This document shows positions 7,636 to 14,982 of a stretch of 32,000 nt of DNA, piece after piece (positions within the stretch are counted from its first letter, which is position 1; the number at the start of each line of letters is the position of its first letter). Under the pieces are notes generated by a model. The model was not told the DNA's origin and ran no database searches. It saw nothing but the letters and a program-made list of their open reading frames with translations. Position numbers and translations under genes: made by a program. The DNA is taken from NCBI GenBank assembly GCA_002309635.1, contig DBXO01000042.1, positions 47,120-79,119 of the forward strand. Direction: 5' to 3'. Source of the stretch: Ruminococcus flavefaciens. GTDB taxonomy: Bacteria; Bacillota; Clostridia; Oscillospirales; Ruminococcaceae.

Positions 7636-8637
7636 ATGTTTAACAAATTAAGCTTGTTTATGGCAATGGATAATCCCGGCGTATTTATTGTTTTTTTAGT
7701 TATAATCTTCCTGCTTTTCATCATCATCAGATGCTTCAGGATAGTTCCTCAGGCTCATGTTTTCGTTATCGAGCGACTGGGCTCATTCCACGCTGAGTGG
7801 GATACGGGACTTCATATCCTCGTTCCCTTCATCGACAGGATCGCAGGCAAGGTATCACTCAAGGAAAAGGTCGTTGACTTCAAGCCGCAGCCAGTTATCA
7901 CAAAGGATAACGTTACTATGCAGATAGATACTGTTGTATTCTATCAGGTAACGGACGCAAAGCAGTACATCTACGGCGTTGAAAGACCTCTCGCAGCTAT
8001 CGAGAACCTTTCGGCAACAACTCTCCGTAACATCATCGGTGAAATGGAACTGGACGCTACTCTTACTTCAAGAGACGTAATCAATACAAAGATCACTTCT
8101 ATCCTCGATCAGGCTACCGACCGCTGGGGTATCAAGGTAAACCGCGTTGAGCTCAAGAACATTCTCCCGCCCCGTGAGATACAGGACGCTATGGAGAAGC
8201 AGATGAAGGCTGAGCGTGAGCGCCGTGAAAAGATACTTCAGGCAGAGGGTGACAAGAAGTCTCAGATCCTCGTTGCAGAAGGTGAAAAGGAATCTCAGAT
8301 ACTTCGTGCTCAGGCTAAGAAGGAAGCTCAGATCCTCGAGGCAGAGGCTCAGAAGCAGGCTATGGTCCTCAGAGCCGACGCCGTAAGAGAGCAGAAGATA
8401 CTGGAGGCTACCGGTGAAGCAAAGGCTATCGAAATGGTACAGCAGGCTCTTGCCGAGAGTATCGTAAAGCTCAATGACGCTAATCCTAACGAAAGAGTTA
8501 TACAGCTCAAGTCACTTGAGTCGTTTGCCAAGGCTGCTGACGGCAAGGCCACAAAGATCATTATCCCCAGTGAAATCCAGGGCCTTGCAGGTCTTGCAAC
8601 AGGTCTTAAGGCTCTTGTTGAAAAGGACAGTGAATAA
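7636..8637 (+). CDS. SPFH/band-7 (stomatin/prohibitin-like, slipin) membrane protein
   Basis: N-terminal TM, then an SPFH core (RIVPQAHVFVIERLGSF...VDFKPQPVITKDNVTMQIDTVVFYQVTD...TLRNIIGEMELDATLTSRD...WGIKVNRVELKNI), then a Glu/Ala/Gln-rich coiled coil. The SD GGAGG lies 9 nt upstream. Confidence 0.9.
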   Translation: MFNKLSLFMAMDNPGVFIVFLVIIFLLFIIIRCFRIVPQAHVFVIERLGSFHAEWDTGLHILVPFIDRIAGKVSLKEKVVDFKPQPVITKDNVTMQIDTVVFYQVTDAKQYIYGVERPLAAIENLSATTLRNIIGEMELDATLTSRDVINTKITSILDQATDRWGIKVNRVELKNILPPREIQDAMEKQMKAERERREKILQAEGDKKSQILVAEGEKESQILRAQAKKEAQILEAEAQKQAMVLRADAVREQKILEATGEAKAIEMVQQALAESIVKLNDANPNERVIQLKSLESFAKAADGKATKIIIPSEIQGLAGLATGLKALVEKDSE

Positions 8638-8649
8638 TGTCATAACGCC

Positions 8650-8676
8650 AAAGCTCCCCTTTCGGGGAGCTTTTTC
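8650..8676 (+). terminator. rho-independent terminator after the nfeD-SPFH operon
   Basis: AAAGCTCCCC-TTTC-GGGGAGCTTT-TTC: a 10-bp stem with a T-run. Confidence 0.85.
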
Positions 8677-8935
8677 TTGCTTAAAGACAATCCGCCGAGA
8701 TCAGTATCCGGCGCATTTACCCGGAAATGCGGCAGAATGATCCGTTTGATCCCCACATTCAAAACAGCTTTTTGATCCGGTCAAGTGAAAAAAGAATTTT
8801 CCTGAACCTTCAGCTGCGCCGGAGCGCACTATCAATAATGCTCCTATTTCTGCTCTCCCCTCTTTTTCCTCCGGAATGTTTTTTTCAAAGGCTGCAAAAA
8901 AGAAAGCAAAAATTGAAAATACCTGTCTTTTCCTC

Positions 8936-8964
8936 TTGCAATTGCTCCGATATTGTTGTATAAT
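8936..8964 (+). promoter_or_regulatory. sigma-A promoter of the MBOAT operon (TTGCAA, 17-nt spacer, TATAAT)
   Basis: TTGCAA at 8936-8941 and TATAAT at 8959-8964, which leaves a leader of about 120 nt before the MBOAT ATG. Confidence 0.6.
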
Positions 8965-9086
8965 TGATTATATAGGCATTATTGTATGCTTTTACAGAAA
9001 TAAGATCATATAAATATAATATTTTTTGCTGCGACTGCTTTTACGCGGTATACATATATAAAATTTGCAGCAAGGCGGTAGAACAA

Positions 9087-10487
9087 ATGGTATTTTCGAG
9101 ACTTTTCTTCATATATATTTTTCTCCCTGTCTGCCTGTTGTGCTATGGGCTGGCAAGAGGGACCAAACATAAAAATACGGTGCTGATATTTTTCTCGCTG
9201 ATTTTTTACGCTTGGGGCGAACCTGTCTATATCTTCCTTATGCTGGCTACAGCTGCGGTGAACTATGCCGCGGCGCTGTTCATCGGGAAGTATAGAGGCA
9301 AAGGAGGAGATACCGCCGCGACGGTCACTGCTGTCGTGTATGATCTTCTCATGCTTGGCGTATTCAAGTACAGCGGCTTTATCGTGGAAAATATCAACGC
9401 CGTTTTTTCGTCGTCCATACCAGTTCCCGATATAAGACTGCCTATCGGTATCAGCTTCTATACCTTCCAGACAATATCCTACATAATCGACTGCCACTGG
9501 GAAAAGGTGGAGCCACAGAGGAGCTTCAGGAACTTTCTGCTGTACATTTCTTTATTCCCGCAGCTCGTTGCAGGTCCTATCGTAAGATACAGCACCATAG
9601 AAAAAGAGATAAACGAGCGCACTGTGCAGCTCAGCGATGTTTCCTACGGTCTTAACAGAGTAGCGCTGGGTCTTGCCAAAAAGGTGCTCCTTGCCAATCA
9701 GATAAGCCTTATTTCCGATAAATTCCTTGGCAATATCGGCAGCTCAACAATGCTTGGAGCTTGGTACGGAGCTATCGCTTACGGCTTGCAGCTCTATTTT
9801 GACTTTTCGGGATACTCCGATATCGCTATCGGTCTCGGCAGGATATTCGGCTTTCACTTTGACGAGAACTTTGACCATCCGTTTATGTGCAGGGATATCA
9901 CTGAATTTTGGCAGCGCTGGCATATCTCACTCGGAACCTTTTTCCGCGACTACGTCCTCTATATCCCCATATTCGGCAAGCGCAGAAAATACGGCGGACT
10001 CCTCCTCGTATGGCTTTGTACGGGAATCTGGCACGGAGCAAGCTGGAACTTTGTAATATGGGGACTTTACTACGGACTTTTCATCTTTATCGAGATGCTC
10101 ATAGGCAAAAAGAGAATGAAGAAAGTCCCTGTGGCAATACGCCATATCTACAGCAAATTCGTGATTATCACCGGCTTTGCCATTTTCTATTTCGAGGATA
10201 TGGGAAAGCTGGGCACATTCTTCAAAACAGCTTTTGGATTAGGCAGAAACGGCTTTATTGCCGTGCAGGACAAGATATCTCTTGTGAACAACGTTTTTCT
10301 GCTGGCAGCTGCCGTGATATGCTGTTTCCCGATTATAAAGACTATAAAGGACGTTACGGACAAGCACTTTGTAACAAAGGCGACCATGTCGTCTGCCGCA
10401 GCTGTAGCTTCGGCTCTCCTGCTGCTGATAACAAGTATAATGCTTGTTGACTCTACGACCAATCCCTTTCTTTATTTCAGATTCTGA
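9087..10487 (+). CDS. MBOAT family membrane O-acyltransferase (AlgI/DltB/PatA class)
   Basis: I moved the start to MVFSRLFFIYIFLPV (ATG 9087), which is a typical AlgI/DltB N-terminus. Motifs present: PIGISFYTFQTISYIID and EFWQRWHISLGTFFRDY, with the invariant MBOAT His at residue 279 (nt 9921-9923). The protein is multi-pass. Confidence 0.9.
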   Translation: MVFSRLFFIYIFLPVCLLCYGLARGTKHKNTVLIFFSLIFYAWGEPVYIFLMLATAAVNYAAALFIGKYRGKGGDTAATVTAVVYDLLMLGVFKYSGFIVENINAVFSSSIPVPDIRLPIGISFYTFQTISYIIDCHWEKVEPQRSFRNFLLYISLFPQLVAGPIVRYSTIEKEINERTVQLSDVSYGLNRVALGLAKKVLLANQISLISDKFLGNIGSSTMLGAWYGAIAYGLQLYFDFSGYSDIAIGLGRIFGFHFDENFDHPFMCRDITEFWQRWHISLGTFFRDYVLYIPIFGKRRKYGGLLLVWLCTGIWHGASWNFVIWGLYYGLFIFIEMLIGKKRMKKVPVAIRHIYSKFVIITGFAIFYFEDMGKLGTFFKTAFGLGRNGFIAVQDKISLVNNVFLLAAAVICCFPIIKTIKDVTDKHFVTKATMSSAAAVASALLLLITSIMLVDSTTNPFLYFRF

Positions 10488-10502
10488 TACGAGGCATGCA
10501 AA

Positions 10503-11969
10503 ATGAATACTAATAAATTAAGCGGCGCTGCCGAAAAGGATAAAAACAATACCGCAGATACCTGCCGTCCCGAGCCCGCGATTTCCATAGAGGCCTCCGA
10601 TCGCAAGGGTACGGCTATAGATATTCCCATAAAGAACAAAAAGACCAAAAAGCAGCGCAGAAAAAAGACCATGAACAGTATCGCCCTTGCCAATATCATG
10701 CTCCTCGGAGCTGTATTCGCCGGCGGGTTCGTATATGTCACCCTGCTCCCCCATGAAACAAGAGCCGACGACGAGAACCGCTACCTTGCAAAGTTCCCGA
10801 GGTTCAGTGCAAAAGCCTATGCAAGCGGCGAATTCACTGAGGGAGTTGCTGATTACTTTGACGATACGGTGCATAATCGTACCGATATCAAGCAGTTCAT
10901 TGCCGATATGATCATGCCGCTCAAGGGTATGAAGTACGGCGGAGACAAAGCAGAGCTTTTCGGCAGCGGCTTTGAAAAGAATACTTCTCCTGTTGTCACT
11001 GCTGTTACTACATCAAGAGTAACGACTACAGCTGTAACCACAGAACCTCAGGAGGTCACTACTGCTGCCCCCGAGGAGGATAACGCAGGAGACGGAGAAC
11101 TCACAAACAATATCCTCATCGTAAACAAGCGCGGTATAAACCTTTACGGCGGAGCATGGGGCGGCGAACAGGAGTACGCTTCATACGTCAATGCCTACAA
11201 GGAGGCTCTCCCCGATATAAATGTATACTCAATGGTGCTGCCTACAGCGAGCTCATTCTATCTGCCCGACAAGTATAAGGACCTTTCCCAGAGTGAAAAG
11301 GCGGACTTTGACAGCCTTGAAGCCTCGCTCAGGAACGTTCTTCCGGTTGACGCATACAATATTCTTGAAGCTCACAAGGACGAGCCTATCTACTCCCGCA
11401 CCGACCACCACTGGCAGCCCCTGGGAGCTTACTATGCGGCTAAGCAGTTCGCGCTGACAGCGGGAGTTCCCTTCCCCGAGCTTTCGGAATACGAAAAGGT
11501 CACTCTGCCCAACTATGTCGGAACTCTCTATATGTACACTCAGAGCGCCACGCTTCTGAACAATCCCGAGGACTTCGTTTACTACAAGCCGAAGACCAAT
11601 GTTACCGTTACGCAGTACGATACCCGCTTCGCCAATCCTGTGGCGGCCAGTCTTCTGTTTGACACGTCTCAGATGCCAAATTCGGGATATTATATGGTAT
11701 TCGGCGCGGATGAAAGGATAGTCCATGTAAATACGGAGTGCAAGAACGGCAGGACCCTTGTCATATTCAAGGACAGCTACGGAAACGCTCTCCTGCCAAT
11801 GCTTACAAGCTCATTCGAGAATATCTATCTTTGCGACATAAGATACTTTGAACTCAACGCTCCCGAGTTCATAAGAAGTGTTCAGGCGACCGATCTCCTG
11901 TTCGCCATGTGTTCGTTCTCTGCTGTTGGCGGGAACAAATACAGCATTTACAATAATCTCATAAGATAA
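10503..11969 (+). CDS. DHHW family protein (AlgJ/AlgX-like extracytoplasmic O-acyltransferase/esterase candidate), single-pass
   Basis: Lys-rich cytoplasmic N-terminus, a TM (IALANIMLLGAVFAGGFVYVTLL), and a Thr-rich linker (VVTAVTTSRVTTTAVTTEPQEVTT). The eponymous motif YSRTDHHWQPLGAYY gives D301-H-H-W at nt 11403-11414. A downstream LVIFKDSYGNAL serine motif is also present. Confidence 0.85.
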   Translation: MNTNKLSGAAEKDKNNTADTCRPEPAISIEASDRKGTAIDIPIKNKKTKKQRRKKTMNSIALANIMLLGAVFAGGFVYVTLLPHETRADDENRYLAKFPRFSAKAYASGEFTEGVADYFDDTVHNRTDIKQFIADMIMPLKGMKYGGDKAELFGSGFEKNTSPVVTAVTTSRVTTTAVTTEPQEVTTAAPEEDNAGDGELTNNILIVNKRGINLYGGAWGGEQEYASYVNAYKEALPDINVYSMVLPTASSFYLPDKYKDLSQSEKADFDSLEASLRNVLPVDAYNILEAHKDEPIYSRTDHHWQPLGAYYAAKQFALTAGVPFPELSEYEKVTLPNYVGTLYMYTQSATLLNNPEDFVYYKPKTNVTVTQYDTRFANPVAASLLFDTSQMPNSGYYMVFGADERIVHVNTECKNGRTLVIFKDSYGNALLPMLTSSFENIYLCDIRYFELNAPEFIRSVQATDLLFAMCSFSAVGGNKYSIYNNLIR

Positions 11970-11978
11970 GGAGAGCAT

Positions 11979-13784
11979 ATGAAAGAACTCAATTTTCCTT
12001 TTGACAGCAAAGATATAATACGCAGGCGGCTGGCTATTAAAAAGGAGCTCCTTTCCGACGGTACTGCCCGCGTAAAAAAGAGGATAGCCGTTCTCGGCGG
12101 CTCCACCACCAATCATGTTATATCGGCACTGGAGCTTTTCCTGCTGAATTTCGGCATAGAGCCGGTTTTCTATCAGTCAGAGTACAATAAATTCTATGAG
12201 GATGCGGTTTTCGGCAATCCGGAGCTTGACAGCTTCGATCCCGATGTGATATATATACATACCACTTCGCGAAATATTACCAAGCTACCCGCTGGTCCTG
12301 CAGTAAGGGCCGAGCAGGTTCAGAACGACCTGAATGAACAGTTTGCCTGCTTCAAGCAGGTATGGGAGAGCCTCATGCAGAGATTCAGCTGTCCCGTAAT
12401 ACAGAACAATTTTGAGCTTCCCCTTTTCCGTCGCACGGGAAGCTACGACGGCTGGAGCGTTACCGGACATGCGGCTTTTATTGAAAGGCTGAACGTGATG
12501 TTCTCGGACTACGCGCGCTCCGTACATGGACTTTACATACACGATATCAATTACCTTTCGGCCGTATGCGGCCTTTCCAACTGGCATGACGCTGAGGCAT
12601 GGTATCTTTACAAGTACGCCATGAGCACATCTGTTATCCCTGATCTTGCCTACAGTCTCGCATGTATAATAAAATCTCTCTACGGCAAGAACCATAAAGT
12701 CATTGACCTTGACCTCGACAACACCCTCTGGGGCGGAGTTATCGGTGATGACGGTCAGGACGGCATAGAGATAGGTCCGGAAACGGCTATCGGTCAGTCA
12801 TTCAGCGAATTCCAGAGCTTTATCAAGGGCTATAAGGACTACGGCGTGGTCCTTGCGGTATGCTCGAAAAATGATGAAGAAAACGCCCTGCTTGGTCTCG
12901 AACACCCAAGCAGCGTACTGAAAAAGTCGGATTTTGTCTCCATAAAGGCCAACTGGGAGCCCAAGGACCGCAATATCGTTGAGTCCTCTCAGGACCTCAG
13001 CCTCGGTCTCGACAGCTTTGTTTTCATTGACGATAATCCAGCAGAATGCGCTATCGTTGAGGGACAGCTCCCCATGGTGCAGACCGTGAACCTCAGCAAT
13101 GTACATGATGCTATGTACAAACTCACACGCGGAGGCTATTTTGAGGTGACTACTGTTTCCGACGACGATATGCACCGCTCGGAAATGTACGCTGCAAATG
13201 CTCAGAGAGCCGCTCAGCGAAAGAGCTTCGACAGCTATGAGGACTACCTTGTCAGCCTTGAAATGAAGGCTGTGATCTGCGGCTTTAAACCTGTATATAT
13301 CCAGCGTATAACCCAGCTCACCAACAAGAGCAACCAGTTCAACCTCACTACACGCCGCTATAACGAAAACGAGATAACAGACGTAAGTACAAGTACAGAC
13401 CATATCTGCCTTTGCGGACGCTTGGTTGACAAATTCGGCGATAACGGCATTGTTTCCGTAGTTATCGGCAGGATAAACGGAAATGTCCTTGATATGGAGC
13501 TGTGGCTCATGAGCTGCCGCGTTCTCAAAAGGGACATGGAGCTTGCCATGCTCGACGAGCTTGTAAGACACGCAGCCGAAAAGGGACTTGCAGGAATAAA
13601 CGGCTATTACTATAAATCGCTGAAAAACAGCATGGTCTCGGAGTTTTACGGCTCTCTTGGCTTTGAACTCAAAGAAAAGCTTGAAAACGGCGATTCCGTA
13701 TGGCACCTTGATATAAAAAACTATAAAAACAAAAATAAAGTCATAAAAATACTTGATAAGGAGATACAAAATGAATGCAAATGA
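11979..13784 (+). CDS. FkbH-like / HAD-superfamily subfamily IIIC enzyme with C-terminal GNAT-like FkbH domain
   Basis: 601 aa, with TAAGGAG 6 nt upstream. HAD motif I is VIDLDLDNTLWGG (D245xD247xT249, nt 12705-12725). Motif II is AVCSKN and motif IV is VFIDDNP. The C-terminal FkbH-type segment is NQFNLTTRRY...DKFGDNGIVSVVIG...LWLMSCRVLKRDMELAML, with C513 at nt 13515-13517. Confidence 0.85.
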   Translation: MKELNFPFDSKDIIRRRLAIKKELLSDGTARVKKRIAVLGGSTTNHVISALELFLLNFGIEPVFYQSEYNKFYEDAVFGNPELDSFDPDVIYIHTTSRNITKLPAGPAVRAEQVQNDLNEQFACFKQVWESLMQRFSCPVIQNNFELPLFRRTGSYDGWSVTGHAAFIERLNVMFSDYARSVHGLYIHDINYLSAVCGLSNWHDAEAWYLYKYAMSTSVIPDLAYSLACIIKSLYGKNHKVIDLDLDNTLWGGVIGDDGQDGIEIGPETAIGQSFSEFQSFIKGYKDYGVVLAVCSKNDEENALLGLEHPSSVLKKSDFVSIKANWEPKDRNIVESSQDLSLGLDSFVFIDDNPAECAIVEGQLPMVQTVNLSNVHDAMYKLTRGGYFEVTTVSDDDMHRSEMYAANAQRAAQRKSFDSYEDYLVSLEMKAVICGFKPVYIQRITQLTNKSNQFNLTTRRYNENEITDVSTSTDHICLCGRLVDKFGDNGIVSVVIGRINGNVLDMELWLMSCRVLKRDMELAMLDELVRHAAEKGLAGINGYYYKSLKNSMVSEFYGSLGFELKEKLENGDSVWHLDIKNYKNKNKVIKILDKEIQNECK

Positions 13785-14013
13785 AATAATCCCGCGTCTT
13801 AATTCGGTTTTCAGAGATGTTTTCGGAGATGACAGCATTTCCGTTTCCGCAAAGACTACAGCCGACGACATCGATGACTGGGACAGTCTTGCACATATAA
13901 CCCTCGTTGAAGCTGTTGAACATGAGTTCGGACTGCGCTTCAGGATGAGAGAGGTCTCCTCAATGAAAAATGTGGGGGATATGATAAACATTATTGCCGA
14001 AAGAGGCAGCTGA
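13771..14013 (+). CDS. acyl/peptidyl carrier protein (phosphopantetheine-binding, DltC-sized)
   Basis: ATG at 13771 follows AAGGAG and overlaps the FkbH-like gene by 14 nt. The protein is 80 aa and contains DDIDDWDSLAHITLVEAVEHEF, i.e. the DSL attachment-serine motif (S39, nt 13885-13887) at the start of helix 2. The track ORF begins 6 codons earlier. Confidence 0.85.
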   Translation: MNANEIIPRLNSVFRDVFGDDSISVSAKTTADDIDDWDSLAHITLVEAVEHEFGLRFRMREVSSMKNVGDMINIIAERGS

Positions 14014-14846
14014 TGTCAAAAAAGAAACGAAAGCTGCTCATTGCTGCCGCTGTTATAATTGTACTGTCGGTTCTGTCAGCATGGGGCTTTGTCATGAAAA
14101 CTGTAAGATATACAGTAAAGTCAGACAAGTCTGACAGCAATATAAGGATAGCGTTCATCTCTGACCTGCATAACTGCTTCTACGGAGACAGTTCACAGTC
14201 CAAGCTCATACAGGAAGTTGAGAACAGCTCCCCCGATATCGTCATATTCGGCGGAGACGTCATCGACGCATGGGGCGGTACTAAATATGCTCTCCGCCTT
14301 ATCTCGAAGCTCAGCATGGAGTATCCATGCTTCTACGCTCCGGGAAACCATGAGGAAATGCGTGACGACAAGGAGGAGTTCTACAGTGAGGTTCAGAAAT
14401 ACTGCCCAATGCTTCTCGGAGAGTACAGTGAGATAAACATAAAAGGGCAGGCTGTCCGCATTTACGGAGTCCTCGACGATACTGCCTGGGGGAAAAGCAA
14501 GGCACAGATTGAAGAATGCTTCGATACCCTCGACAGCAGATGCTTCAATATACTTCTCGCACACCAGCCGGAACAGATAAACAGCTTTCTCGGCGATGAT
14601 GATAAGTACTTCGACCTCATACTCTCCGGACATGCTCACGGAGGACAGTGGAGGCTGCCGAAGATACTGGATCAGGGACTGTATGCTCCCGATCAGGGAA
14701 TACTCCCCGACTATACAACAGGTATGTACACCTACGGCAGAACGACCCATATAATCAGCCGCGGACTTGCAAGACCGCTGAGAATGATATTCATTCCCCG
14801 TATTTTCAACCGTCCCGAGCTGTCTGTAATCAATATAGAAAAGTGA
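14013..14846 (+). CDS. membrane-anchored metallophosphoesterase (YkuE/YaeI-like calcineurin-fold)
   Basis: The ATG overlaps the carrier-protein stop (TGATG). There is an N-terminal signal anchor (LLIAAAVIIVLSVLSAWGF). All MPE motifs are present: IAFISDLHN, GGDVID, GNHE, LLAHQP, SGHAHGGQ. Confidence 0.9.
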   Translation: MSKKKRKLLIAAAVIIVLSVLSAWGFVMKTVRYTVKSDKSDSNIRIAFISDLHNCFYGDSSQSKLIQEVENSSPDIVIFGGDVIDAWGGTKYALRLISKLSMEYPCFYAPGNHEEMRDDKEEFYSEVQKYCPMLLGEYSEINIKGQAVRIYGVLDDTAWGKSKAQIEECFDTLDSRCFNILLAHQPEQINSFLGDDDKYFDLILSGHAHGGQWRLPKILDQGLYAPDQGILPDYTTGMYTYGRTTHIISRGLARPLRMIFIPRIFNRPELSVINIEK

Positions 14847-14872
14847 CGGAAAAGTCCACGGATAAAAAATAC

Positions 14873-14901
14873 TTGTAATTTCATATCAATAATGGTATAA
14901 T
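14873..14901 (+). promoter_or_regulatory. sigma-A promoter upstream of rlmB (TTGTAA, 17-nt spacer, TATAAT, TG-extended)
   Basis: TTGTAA at 14873-14878, a 17-nt spacer ending in TGG, then TATAAT at 14896-14901. Confidence 0.55.
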
Positions 14902-14982
14902 AAAAATATCGTTTCCCCGACGGAAAAACACTAAAAAATACAGAACAAAAGGAGCTTGGGCACCTTGCGCCCACTGTAAAAT

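Noticed and set aside
8727-8963. A 78-aa + strand ORF in the SPFH-MBOAT spacer.
   Set aside because: It has no SD, and it runs through the -35/-10 elements of the MBOAT operon promoter. The composition is not protein-like. The region is reported only as an unexplained spacer.
9908-10450. A 180-aa alternative-frame + ORF, plus other small ORFs (9006-9497 -, 9727-10056 +), within the MBOAT gene.
   Set aside because: The MBOAT frame carries the family motifs throughout. The alternative frames give Arg/Cys-rich nonsense.
12798-13991. A 397-aa minus-strand ORF antisense to the FkbH-like and carrier-protein genes.
   Set aside because: The sequence is low-complexity and hydrophobic junk with no recognisable motifs, SD or promoter. 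It lies entirely opposite a well-supported gene with clear HAD/FkbH motifs, so it is a typical shadow ORF.
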